Under the pieces are notes generated by a model. The model was not told the origin of the DNA. It did no database searches and was given only the letters and a program-made list of their open reading frames with translations. 64,000 nucleotides of DNA from Proteromonas lacertae (Eukaryota), in the NCBI GenBank assembly GCA_002245135.1, contig NGBS01000591.1:124001-188000 (forward strand). Direction: 5' to 3'. How positions within the stretch are numbered: position 1 is the first letter of the stretch; the number at the start of each line of letters is the position of its first letter. This document shows, in pieces, positions 42,895 to 56,700 of the stretch. The position numbers were made by a program, and so were the translations under genes.

Positions 42895-43848
42895 TTATAA
42901 TAAACTTAGTCCATAAGAAACAATAAATCTTGCATTATTGTCATTCCATTTCTTCAACTCTTCAGCAGAAGCAGTCACCTGGTCTCCATTCAATCTATTC
43001 AACAATGCTGTAGCTACAGCTGCACATTTTATATTTGCCTTATGACAAAACGCCTGTAAATACAACACTTCCATTTCGATATTTCTTACACCTTTTTCAT
43101 CACATTTCTTTAAGAATTCTATTCTTTGTTCCTCAGATATACTAATATATTTATACAAATAATATAATATACTCATGGAAAAAACCATCTGTTCTAGCTT
43201 GTTCTTCGTAAAATCCATGACAAGACATTGTTATTCCACTCACAAAATTGAAATTATTCTTCTTTCCAAATTCAATCAATTCTTCTACAAATGCTTTATT
43301 TGCTACACTTGGATATTCTATTTCTTTACCAAGAATATATGTCTTATAGACTGGTAATAATTCACCATTTACAGCTCCTGTTGATAAAACCATTGAACCT
43401 GGTTGAACACCTATACCTCCTGATGTTCCTAATCTAATCCATCTAACTGCATCTTTAATGCCAACTATTTCCATTACTTGAGCTAACTCATTAAGCAAAA
43501 TTGACATTGAAGGCATTCCCATTCCATGAGATACAGCGATTATGTGGTTTATTTTATACCTATATGTGATATATTATAAAATTACATCGTAAATCTTTCA
43601 GTTTTACCAATTAACTCTGGTTTTACTTCTTTAGACAATTTTTTACTTATTTCTTCAGATAAAGTATTAGCTAATCTTGTTGTTCGATCTGAACTACCTT
43701 GCATAACTACAAGCTATCAATAATAAAAAATATATATGTACTTTGATATCTTTGAATATTCTACTCAAATCCATTGAAGTATCTAATCCAAGGTGGTAAT
43801 AATACTATAAATAGAGTAGCATCACTTCAATACGTGTGTAGAACTCAT
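42895..43848 (-). CDS. Uridine phosphorylase (eukaryotic UPP1-like)
   Basis: YYHLGLDT, SHGMGMPSMSILLNEL, IRLGTSGGIG, FYEEQARTDG, GVRNIEME, LLNRLNGDQV. Confidence 0.9.
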
Positions 43849-43964
43849 TTTTAAAAAAGATATGTTTGATTTAAGTTTGATAAATAAACTTGGCTTGATA
43901 TTTTTACTTTCTTATAAACACACATCTAAAGCGATTAAAGACATAAAATTATAAATTACACCTG

Positions 43965-45197
43965 TTACATAGGTTCTACATACTTGTAACCTTCTATACT
44001 TACTGCCTTATTTACCATATTCAACAATGAAAATTTTGATATTAAAAATGCTGCATAACTAAAAGAACTTTCACTAGTCAATATCTGATAGTTACATTCA
44101 GATAAAAACATCATTTCATACACTGCTCTCTTCAATTGATTCAAATCACCATCAAATTTAGAATGTAAAATCGGCATATCATCAATAACTTCACATTCTA
44201 TACCTTTACTGTTATTCCTAAATATATTAATTGCCTTAGTCGAATCACTAGCAATAAACCAAACCACAGTTTTATTCAATTGCATTTGAATGTTTGTTTC
44301 TTTTATAGCTTTGTCTATAAACTCATTATATTGATTGGGTTTTAAGAAAACATGAGTATCATTAAAATCACCTTTACCTGTTCTATAGTGAATTCCTATT
44401 TTATACACACTTTCATCATTGAAATGGAATTTTTCTTTATATTCATAATATTCTTTGGTAAAAGGATGAGAAACTTTAAAAAATACATTATACATTAAAT
44501 GATTAAATTGTCTTGCCATATCTGCATAATTACCTATCCTATATACTAATTTCTTTGACAATAAATCAGAATCGTTATTATAATATTCAAATATCTGCTT
44601 AGTAAATAAATACTGAGTTCCAATTTTTATTTCCTTTGAATTGGATTTGAATATTTTTGTTAAACGTGGAAAACCATTAAAATAGTATATATTGTATTCT
44701 TCCTTCATATCTTTCTTCTATTAAAATTAATTATATTGGGGAAAAAAATACTTTCAGGAACAATGAAATTCTCTATTGGCATTTCGTATAATTTAGCCAG
44801 TGTATACCAATTAGTCACTATTAAACATATATAATGTATTATTTATACTTTCAAATCCTCTCTTTGTTAAATAACAAAATAAAAATGATGTTATAAATGC
44901 AAACAGTCTGTTATTTAACCCACTAAATAATAATGGTGAATAAATAATCAATCTTCTTTTCTTCTTGGGCTTTCTTAGCATATCTGCATTGAAATTACCA
45001 AAATTATTCATCACACTTTCAAAATTTACATATATATCCTCTAATTCCCACACACTGTCATTCTTTGATTGAACTCTCTGAACATTTTCTTCTTCATTAG
45101 TGTCGTTCTCACAACATAATGGGTTGTAACTGTACATAAACATAAACGTAGCACAAATAGACACTAAAAGTAGAAGACAAATTTGTATCTTCCTCAT
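43965..45197 (-). CDS. Type II membrane GDP-fucose-dependent fucosyltransferase (GT37/GT23-like GT-B fold)
   Basis: N-terminal TM; SGLNNRL, IGIHYRTG (motif I), WFIASDS (motif II), EMMFLSEC...SSFSYAA (motif III). Confidence 0.8.
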
Positions 45198-45290
45198 AAA
45201 TTAATAAAAATATAAAATTAAAAAACTTGGCTTGATCAAATTCAGTCATCCCATACTAATCATTAAAAACACAAAATCAGTAAATTAATT

Positions 45291-47515
45291 CTAATTATTC
45301 AATGATACAGTAGATGTAGTACTTCTCTCCTCTATATCCCCTTGACTTCTTGGAGTATTATTACGACTCAATGTATCTTTCAAGTTTGCATAAGAAGAAG
45401 CAGGTTTTGGAGTATTAGCATATAGTCTATTAAATACATTTCCTTTAGGTGTATATATTTTAGGTGGTTCAGGTGTTAACTCTCTCTTTGGAACTAAAGA
45501 TTCATCAAAAATACCATTACCTAATACAATGTCAGTAATTGTATTAACTTGATTCAATCTTGATCTTAATTTCTGTTCTGTCTTATTTGGTAATTGTGAT
45601 AATCTTCTTCCATTCTTTAGATATTTCTTTTCTATTGTTTCATTCTCATTTGTTACTACACTACTGATGAGTTTAACTTCTTCACGATTGATTGGTTCAA
45701 TAAAATCTTCTTTTTCTATTGAATTATCATCTTTGTAATTCTTTCCGGTGATATCTACATTAGGATTGTTGAAATGTGAAGGCGTTAATAATATTCTTCT
45801 TTCTCTATTAGCTGGTGTTGTTATATTCTCAACATCTGAACTAATACTGGTTGATGGTCTCTTTGGTGGAATATTAATCTTCAAATTTGGTATTAATAAT
45901 GGCTGTAATTGTATTGGTGCCTCTATTATACTATCTGGTTGATTATTATTATTATTATTATTATTCATTTGTGGTGATAAATTATGAGGTGATGTAAGAG
46001 GTGGTTCAATATCTTCATGATTATATTCAGGTGGTAGAAATGAAGAAACTTTGTCAAATATTTCAGCACATGTCTAATAATATATATAAATATATATATA
46101 TATACTAATATTGGTTCACACAGATTATTTTTTTTCACAGTTTCTATCTCTTTTCCTATATCACCAACTGTAGATTTATATCTATTCATCATGGCTGTTA
46201 ATCCTCTATACACATCTCCTAATAGTTTATTCAAATATTCATATTCTTGAGATTTCTGTGATATTAATTGTTCTTCATCATGTTTTAGTTTTTCAGATTC
46301 TAATAGCTTTCTTTTAGGAATTCTCTTATTTGTTTTATCAGATGAACTCTTCAAATCATCAGCTGTTTCTTGTAATATATTTATATCCTTTTGTAATTGG
46401 TGCAATTCTTCTTCAGCTGATTTTAACATTATTCTTAATGAATAAGTTGTTTCACTTTGCAATAACACTTTTCTTAATATTTCTTCACTTGAATTTGGAA
46501 AAATATATTCACTAAAACCATCTAAACTTTCTACTAATTCATTTATTTCATTATCTAATTCATTATTATATTCTACTAATTTATCTATATTTCTAATTAA
46601 CACTGGATCTTTATGATAAACAGTTGCATTATTCTGATTATTTAATGTAAATATCATTTTTGCTCTTCTTTCTCTATTTTCTTGTCTCCTTTTCATAAAT
46701 GTATGAGCATCAATTATCTGTTGTTTACATTGTAATATCTCTTTTTGTCTTTGTAATCTGTCGTTATATAACTTATCATGTGCTTCTGTATAATTACGAT
46801 AAGATGTCTATATAATAATAATAATAATAATAAAATACAATATGAACATTCTTCGTTTGTCTATAAAGAGCATCCATTTTTGTTAAAATATATTCGTTTC
46901 CTCTTTTTGTATTATTCAAATCTTCCATTTTTCCTGTTAATATTACTTTTTCTTCATTGTTTCTGCTTAACATATATCTTAATGTTCCTAAGTATTGTTT
47001 ATTCTCATTTATTTGTGTTTTTAATGTGTTTATTTCATCTATACATTCATGTATTCGAATATAGTCTCTATCATTTGGATCATCAAAATAACCTTTCTCT
47101 TCTAACTCATAGGTATGTAATTTTGCCTAATATTCAAAATAATAACAGTAACATACATATAATTGTTTTAGCCTATGTATTTTTTTCTTTTCTTCAACAT
47201 ATAAATTATCATTAGGTTTTTCGAAGTATTGCAACATTTTGTATTTCTCTATTTATTTCCATTTGTTGAACTACATTCAAATCTTCATTCTATATATGTA
47301 AACAACAACACTATACTTTTTTCTTCTCAACTTTACTCAACGATAATAATGGCACTGATTGGGAAGCAGAGTTTGTAGGCGTACTATGATATGATATTGG
47401 CTTTAAAATAGAAGGTCTCTTAAAATCAAGATCATTAGCTGAACCTATTTCTTCTACAGCAAGATTATCATCAATAGAAGACTATGGAGTATAATAACAC
47501 TTATAATACATTCAT
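45291..47515 (-). CDS. Hypothetical coiled-coil protein with a disordered C-terminal region
   Basis: ATG 47515 followed by a 28-nt intron; coiled-coil ORF 45965-46696; S/T/P-rich ORF 45291-45968 with NVFNRLY. Confidence 0.55.
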
Positions 47516-47701
47516 TTGGCAAAGAAAAATAAAAAAACAGTCAGAAAAATCAAGTCAAAAGCTTGAAAATCTATTTTGATTATATTAAATATTCTTCTTT
47601 TATATTGTTTTTGAAATAATATTCTTCAACAAAATACAAAAATTTTCACATAACTTTAAATGTTAATAATAATAAAAATATAACTATAAATTGTTAATAA
47701 T

Positions 47702-50700
47702 TTATGAAACTCCTACATATGCTCTGTATTGAGCTGTGATAGCTTTCTTCAACACATTTGCAAATGATGCAGCATCTGACGCTTGTTCAGCTTTTACTTT
47801 ACCATAAAATTTCATTAATCTTTGTCTTGTTCTTAATATCGAATCTTTACCAACAGCCATAAAATAAACATCTGGTTCATAACTAGCCATTTTATTTACT
47901 ACATATCTCCATTCATCATCCCACACTCTTCCTGTTTTTGGATGAGTAGTAGGATAATCATCACCTCCTCCATCGCCATGATTAGCTGCATCTCCACAAA
48001 TAATTATCATATGTTTATAATCTTTATATTGATATAATCTATCAATAGCTTGTTCTAATCCACCTACTACATCTTCACATTCATCACCACCTCCGCCTGC
48101 TCTTACACCACTTAAAAATGACTGAATATTTGAAAAATTATTTGTAATACCTGAATTATGAAAACTATTTGGACCATCACAAAAATCTTCATATCCTACA
48201 AACTGTCCAGCAATTTTTGATGAATCGTCTAAATTAGCTTCTCTTTTAATTGCATCTACACTTCTAAATATCTCTACAATTGTCTCTTTTGTTTTCTGAA
48301 TATATGAACTCATTGATCCAGTGCAATCCATTACAACAGTCAAACAGAAATTTACAGGTTTTGTCAATACTCTCTTAACATAAGAATTATCAATTTTTAT
48401 CTTACTCATATCAACTTGAATTGGTAAAGTATTTGGAATATTTCCATTGAATCTATTACATGAGAAATAACTATCAATATTCAATAACCAAACAACAGCA
48501 TTACTAATCCATCTACTTGTTCCATCACTTGTGAATTCTAAAAATAATTTCGTTGAAGCTGTATCTATCACCATTTTACCTTTATTTCCTTCTTGTTCTT
48601 TCAACATTATTGAAGCTTTACCTGTTGATTCACATGCAAACTTCTTAAATCCTATTCTTTCTACAGCAGGTTCATCCAAACAAGCCAAAGTTTTACCTTC
48701 AAATATATATTTCAAATCCAGTATCAATCTTCAAATTGTTTATATTAAATTGGAATGCATCTTGTCCAACTGTTAAGAAATGACCTGCTGTTGCATTTAC
48801 ATCTCGACTCATTGTCTTTCCACCAGCTATATTCACATCTTTACACAATTCTTTTATTCCATATACTCTCTCAAAGAATATATCTGCTTCATAAGTATAT
48901 GGATAGTTTTCTAACATCCAAAATATACCTCCTCCACATTCATAAAACTGTTTCAATACATCAATAAATGAATATAAATAACCAAATTCTGTATTAGCTG
49001 CTTCTTTAGGAAATACTCCTGTTCCATCACTACATGTTACTATTACACTTCTATATTGTTTTGTAGCTATTTCTTGAATTGCTGTATAATAATCATAAAC
49101 TACTAACACTCTAAAGCCTTTTTCTTCAAGTTTCTTTACTGGACTTTGATTTACTCCTTTTTCATCAGCTTTTCCATTCTGTAATATAGCATCAGTTATA
49201 TCTGGATCTATTATATTTCCTGTTATTGAATCTCTTATTCCACGACATAAATATAATATCACTATCAATACATTAAATCCTTTAAATGCACCATCTTTAC
49301 CTAAATCATATTCATTACTTGCCACATTCTCTTCTAAAGCATTTATATCACCATCTCTGGTTTTTAATACATTAAAGAACTTGGCTCTAAATTCATATAC
49401 AGAATATAATTCACTTATAAATTTCACCATTATTTCATCCATTATTGGAATTGGCATTGTTAAATCATTGATTGAACCATCTTCAAATGGATAATTTTGA
49501 GTATTTCCTTTCATCTTCATTATTGGATTACTCATTGAAGATATTACTTTGTCTAAATTATCAGGATTATAACTCCATAAATAATGAGGGAATAAATTCT
49601 TCATATTATCAACATATAAATTATATCCAACTCCCATTCCAATTATATTACAATCAGTTGATTTTATCACTTCTTTCAATCTTATCTTCATTTCTTTATT
49701 CATCATATTGTTATTGGTTAATACAAATACTATTGGACTATATGGTCTGGATGTACAAGTTGCTATTGAATATTGTAATGTTTCACATAAACAAGTCACT
49801 TCAATTGGATGATCTTTACATAATTCTACTATCTGATTTATTGAACTCATTATTATTGGACTCCAAGCATCGGTTGAGTTTAAACCTGTTCCTATTTTGT
49901 TTATTTGATCAGTTGCAATCCAAATATCTATGGCTGGAACATTCACTTCACATATTCCTCTTAATAATGTATAAAATGTCTTTAATGTATGAGATATATT
50001 GATTGGACTCATTGTGAATGAAGATGCATCTAACACTATTGATAAACTGTAAGATCTTATCTTATTTCCTGTTTTCTTTTTGAATAATTTCCCATCACTT
50101 ATTCCTGTTATTATGAACTTTATGAAATTCTGAAAATGAATTGATGTTCCAGATACACTAGCTATCCATGTTGTTGGTTTGTTTGGAATTGTTAAAGAAG
50201 AATTCAATGGATAAAATAACAAATTACTCTTTATATTCTCTGTCAAATATTTATGTAATACAACATTACCATTTCCATGACTTATGAAATCTAAATCTTT
50301 ATCACCAACAGCTGGTAGTTTTATTGTATTTCCATGCATATTTACTATCATCAATTAAAACTGCATATATATCTTTTTCTTTTACTTCATATAATCCTAT
50401 TCCTATTGATTTTGAATTATCATTTATATTTGGATTGGATTGGGGTTTTATATCTTTTGGTATATTATATTCTATTACTCTTTCAGAATAGAAGAAAGGA
50501 TATAATTTCACAAAATATTTCATATCTTCAAAACATCTTTCATTATCAATCATTATATTGTTATTTGATGTAAAATTAGATTCTATATATTGATTTATCT
50601 TGTTACAATTTTCTGGTGATAATATTTCATCTGGATGATCATTATTTCCATTTATTCTCATCAAAAATAATACTTTCAAATTACTTCTTATGAAATTACA

Positions 50701-53700
50701 TACATCATCATTGGATGTTAATAATTGTTCTGAAAAACAATCACTTACTATTATATACATATGATCATGGTTTGGATTATTTGTTGGTGTATCTTCAGGA
50801 TATGAAAATACATCTAATGGAGTTGAAGGCATTTTCTCTACTCCTTCTAAATCAAATATTCGACTCATTTTTATATATAAATCTTCTTTATATTCAGCTA
50901 TTGATATACATTGACCATGTGATAATGATGCTAATATTTGGGTTGATATATTCAACTCTTTACAAATCAATAATAATATACATGCTGTTAATGATCTTAA
51001 TCTGGCTTTGTATTTCTTATGAGTAAATGATGTATCAATTATTATTGTCAATGTTTGAATCAGTTGTAATGGGTTTTCTCTCTTTGAATTTAGATTTCTT
51101 ATCTCATTTGTCATGTAATAAACATATTTCAATAATGATTTTCTATATTCTTTCATCATATTAGTATCAATTTCATTGATTAGTTTAAATTCTGATGATG
51201 GAAGTCTATTCTCTTCTTCTTTCAATTTCATTATCTTTGTTGCATCTTTATCATTTCTTCTTTCATCTATTGATTTGAAATATTCATCTAATGTCATCGC
51301 TTTGAAATGTTCTAATATATCTCTTACATTCATATCTCTCAAATTATCTTTCTGTCTTTCAACATCCTCTTCATTCATCTCATTCTCATTTTCATTTTCT
51401 TCATTTGCTTCATCTTCTATTTCAGGATTCATATCACCTATAAAAGCACTTATTATCATTTTCATATCATTATCTCTTTCTCTATTACCCAATTTCACTA
51501 ATTTTCCTTTTCCATTGTTATTATCACCTTTATTAACTCTTGTTAATAATGTAATATTCTCATTCTGTTTTATTTCAGCAACTGCTTTCTTTCTATCATT
51601 TTGCGGATTGTTTATATTCTTTCTCACTTCATTTCCTAATTCTCGTTTGTCTTTCCATATTAATGGATGATTTTGAGTGTTTATGTATTGAAGATTATCA
51701 TTTACTAATTTGAATATACTATTCAAATAATCTTCTTTGTTAAATGATATATGATATAAATAGGAAATTATTTGATTTACTTTATCACTTACATCTTCAT
51801 TATTTGATAGTTTTGATAAGAATATATTCTTTAAACCATTAACATATTCTGTCAAACTATTCTTTTGTTGTATTTGATTTAATTTTTCATCTACATCAAC
51901 TATATCTTTTGGCAAACCAACAATATCATTTAATGGAGATTCTTTATCAGGATTATATAATTTCCATTTTCCTTTTTTGCCAATAAATTTAAAACCTAAT
52001 GGCTGGTTTAAATAATTAACATAATAAACAGAATAACGATCATCAACTTCCATTTTAGAGGAATAATAACCTCTATTGTGTTGTTTTGTATGTTTTCCTT
52101 TTTCATCAAACCAAGTTAATTCAAATGGGGGATCACCATATCTACATGTATAGATTAATCTGTTTAGATGACTTGAATCAATTCCACATTGATAATTTGT
52201 GAAGAAAACACCATCATATTCTTTCACTTCAAATTTCACTTTCATTTCAATTGACTTGTTTGGAATTGATATTTTTATTGGTATTTCTATTTCTCCTACT
52301 TCTGGATTATCAATCATTATTTCTAATTCACTTGATGGTGTTATTCTAACATGACATTTCTTTGATTCAACAGATATACTGATGTTAGATGGATTGATTA
52401 TTGGAATTGTTATAATTGGATTAGATCTGGATTTGACTAATGGAGGTAATTCAATATAATCATCTTCAGGAAGAATAAATTCATGATCTTTGATATTCGT
52501 AATAAATATTACATTTGCTAAATTCATTTTATCTTTCTTTGACTTTGAATTATCTCTTTTATATACATATCCTTCTGGAATAAACACTTTTGATTGTATT
52601 GGTTTTGGTTTTATAATTCTCTGTTTTTCTTTCTTAGTATTTTCTAATTCTTGAAGCTTTATTGAATATTTATTTTCAATTTCATTAATCTCCTTTTGAC
52701 AATTATTAATATCATCTATTATACGTTTAAAATCATTTCTTATTCCTTTTTGATACTTTTTGGAATATGAGATATATGAATAATAATCATTTACAGAAGC
52801 AAACGACTTTTTGATAAACATTTGATATATATCTTCTGTTAATCTACTCATTTCAACTTCATTTGCTTTTGGTGCATTTCTTGGAATTATTATTCTTTCA
52901 TATTTACCATAACCAAAAGTTTGATAAATAGGAAATATGTTTATATCTGAATCAAAATATGAATTATGTAGATTAATTCCATTATATCTATAATTATTAT
53001 CAAATAAATATAATCTATAATCTTTATTTGAGCTTCCAGATTTATTTCCACCTTTAAGTAAGAATGAATATTCTTCTATCAATTTTTTATTGAATGATGT
53101 TGCATATCTAATCTTATTTTCTTTACAGAATTTTATCATACTCAATATTAAATATCTTGATGTATAATCATCATATATTCTATCTGAGTTGAAAGGATAA
53201 TATTTATATTCAATTTCCACAGCACCATATTTCTTTGTTATTTCAACATTCACATCATAAGTTGATAATGGCAAAACAACGTATAATTCTTTTCTTTCAT
53301 TACTTAAACCAACTTTACTTTTAATCCAATCTCCCCATCCTTCTTTAATATTTATTTCATGATTTGTAAATCCCAATACTGAATCATCACCACAATGAAG
53401 TTTAAATTTAAAACTAGAATTCTTATTATATCTGAAAATAACAACTTTGAAATAAATAGAATCTGGTTCTATATTGTTTAATTTTGACTTGATAAAATCT
53501 GTTAAATTTGATTCATATGAATTAGTCTTTTCAATCATATGATTTATTGATTCATGATAATATAATGTCAAAATATAATTCTTAGCTTTCTCTATTGATT
53601 CTATTGATCCATATTTCTTTTCAAATTCTTTATTTTCTCTTTCAACAGCTTTTTTAGCATCTCTTTTTAATTTATCTTCCATTTGTTTATAATTATTTTC

Positions 53701-56700
53701 TAATTTGTTTTTATTATTCTTCAATTCATTATACTCTTTTTCTAATCTCTTTATCTTCTGATCTATTCCTTCTATTCCATTTTTATATTCATTTTGAAGA
53801 TATTCATCTGTTTTTGGAATTATATCATCTATTGATTTTAGAATAGGATTTGTTTTAAAGAAATCTTTCAATGATATTTCACTCAATATTTCTAACACAA
53901 TATCTGATAATTCATTGTGTAATAATGGACATATTAAAACTAATTTATCATGAAATGGCAGTGAAGAAAAATATATTCCTTCATAGATATAAAACAAAGG
54001 TTCACTTTTCATATTATAATTCTTTAATTGATATTCATACTTTAAATCAGATGATGATACTATTGTTCCTGGTTCACATTTACTTGTGTAATTGTATGGT
54101 TCTAATGATAATATCTTATGTAAATCCAATTCTCTTTCATTTTCTTCTTCTACATATCTAATGATTCTCAATGCTTGTAATTCTAATTTATCTTCATAAT
54201 AATCTGTATTACATTTATCAGTTATATGTGATAAATCCATTTCCATTTTACCATCATCATTTCTTTTTTTCTTTGGTATAATCCAATCATTATCTAATAA
54301 AGTATTTATTGCACTATCTAATTGTTCTTGAGTTACAGATCCATGAATATAAAATGGAGCTTCTTTAATTATGGAATAATAATAATTCAAATCTACAGTT
54401 TTAGCATAATAATTGATTCTAGCTGTCACATATATTTCTAAAGATTCTTTCATTACTTCAAAATTCTCAAAATCATGAATTAACTTATCTTTTGATATTT
54501 CTAATTCTCTCAATAATTCATAATATTGAACTATTGCTGATGCTGTATTTGACACTTCTAAAGCATATAAGAAATGACTACATTCTAAATACAATCTTGC
54601 TTCTTTATCTTGAATTTGATGATAATCGATTATTGTGTCTTTTATTTGTTTTATATCTTTTAATAAATCATAAGCATCATCATCTATTCCTTCTATATTG
54701 TTTTCTTCTTCAAAATCCATTTCAAATCCACTCTTTATTTTTGCTAATTCTCTTTTAATTTTGTTATAATTCATTTGTCTTTGTCTTTTCTTATGTTCTC
54801 TTATCATAGATATTGCTTTTAAATCTTTCATTTCAGTATAAAATGTAGAATATTCTTCAAAATATTTATCCATTCCATAGAATCTATTCAGTTTTAAACT
54901 TGTATCTTTCATTGCTTCATCAAATTCATCATATATTCTTTGAATATCATTAAATAATAAATCAGTCATTCCTGTGTTTTCTTTTGGTCTTCTTGATATA
55001 TTTGATGAATAACCTTTCAATAATCGAAGTGTTTTGTTTATTATATTCTCTATTACTTCTATTGGACCTAATTCATCTATCTTTTCAATTATATCACTAA
55101 ACACATTTTGATATTTATTCCATTGAGAATCTTTATTATTCAATAATACTTTATCCTTACCTATTATATAACATAACAACAATTCATCTGAATCTTTTTT
55201 GAATTTATAATATTCTTTCAATTTTGTTATTTCACTATCTTCTATATCAATCAAAGGACATTTGTGAATATATTTCATCTTGTCTGATGAAGATAGTTTG
55301 AAGTATTTGAATAAAATCCATCTTTGAAGAATTGGATTACATTCAATTATTGTTGTATTTTTACCAAAATTCTTATTCACTGTTGAATATATCTGATAAA
55401 GTGGATAATACAATAATGATGATGTGTAGTTAGAATTGATTATTTGGTATATTTGGGAATGTTCACTATTACTTCCTTTCCTGTTAAACATCAATATACT
55501 ATCATTCATTACTTGTTCTATCAAATCTTCAATTTTATCAACATTCTTATCTTTCAATCTTTTGATTAATATACTTATATTTGATGTATTAGTTTCTGGA
55601 GGTTTTACTAATATTGGATATTTTGATTCTCTTCTCATATGAAATTCAAATTCATAACTTTCATCATTTGGATTATTCAAATATCTCAGTATATTTCTGA
55701 AATTGATTGGAATTTCTTTTCCAAAACATTTCACTTCATTTTCTCTCTCTTTTATATAACACAATTCTTGAGCAGATTCTACTGTGTTTAATGGATTAGC
55801 ATATATCTCTATACAACGACTTAACAATGGAGCTGGAATTGTTGCTAGATTGGTTGTTGAAAAAGAGAAATAAATTCGGAAATTATCATGAATTCTATAT
55901 TCAGCTTTGGGATTATCTCTTGTATATCTTATTTCTTCATCTCCATTTTCACCATTATATTCAGTTATTTTCAATTCTGGATTTTCTTCACATAATGAGT
56001 TTAATCTTTCCAAAATATCACCACTTGCTAGATTTATATCTTCTATTACTATCCAACATCCTTTTTCTATAGCTGTTAATAATGGACCTTTCTTAAACTC
56101 TAATGAAGTTTTCTTTTCTTCTCCACATGAAACTAATTCCATTCTACCTATTAATAAAGAACTTGTACTTTCACTATTCAATGGAACAACTATCAATGTC
56201 TGATTATATAATTCTGCTAATCTTCTTAATACAAAACTTTTACCAGATGGAGATGGACCATATAATATCACTGCTCTTTTGGATATATATGATAAAGCTA
56301 TTTTATAAGCTAAGGATTTTTCTGAGGTTGTAAATTGATTAAAATCAAATCCACAAGATTCTTTTGAGAATGGAATTGACCAAGGACCTGTTAATAATGT
56401 ATTTTCTTCTTTACCTATCAGTTTTATATCCATCTTATTATTGATTGATAAAACTTTCTCAATTTCTTGAATATCATACTGATTGTATTTACATCCAAAT
56501 GTCAACCATAAAGCTGCTTTTATATCAGCTTTTATATCAAAACTTCTCCACACTTCTATTGCTTTGATTGGTTCTCTCAATGTAAATCCAATACCTATTT
56601 GTTTTCCAAGTCTTAAGGATTGTTCAAATAATTGATTGATTATTTGATTGAACTTTTCTATATCTTCAGCTCCATCTTCTGGATTTTCACTTTGCTTTAA

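Noticed and set aside
45291..47515. Outer dynein arm docking complex subunit identity for the coiled-coil gene
   Set aside because: Only generic coiled-coil character; no diagnostic motif recognised
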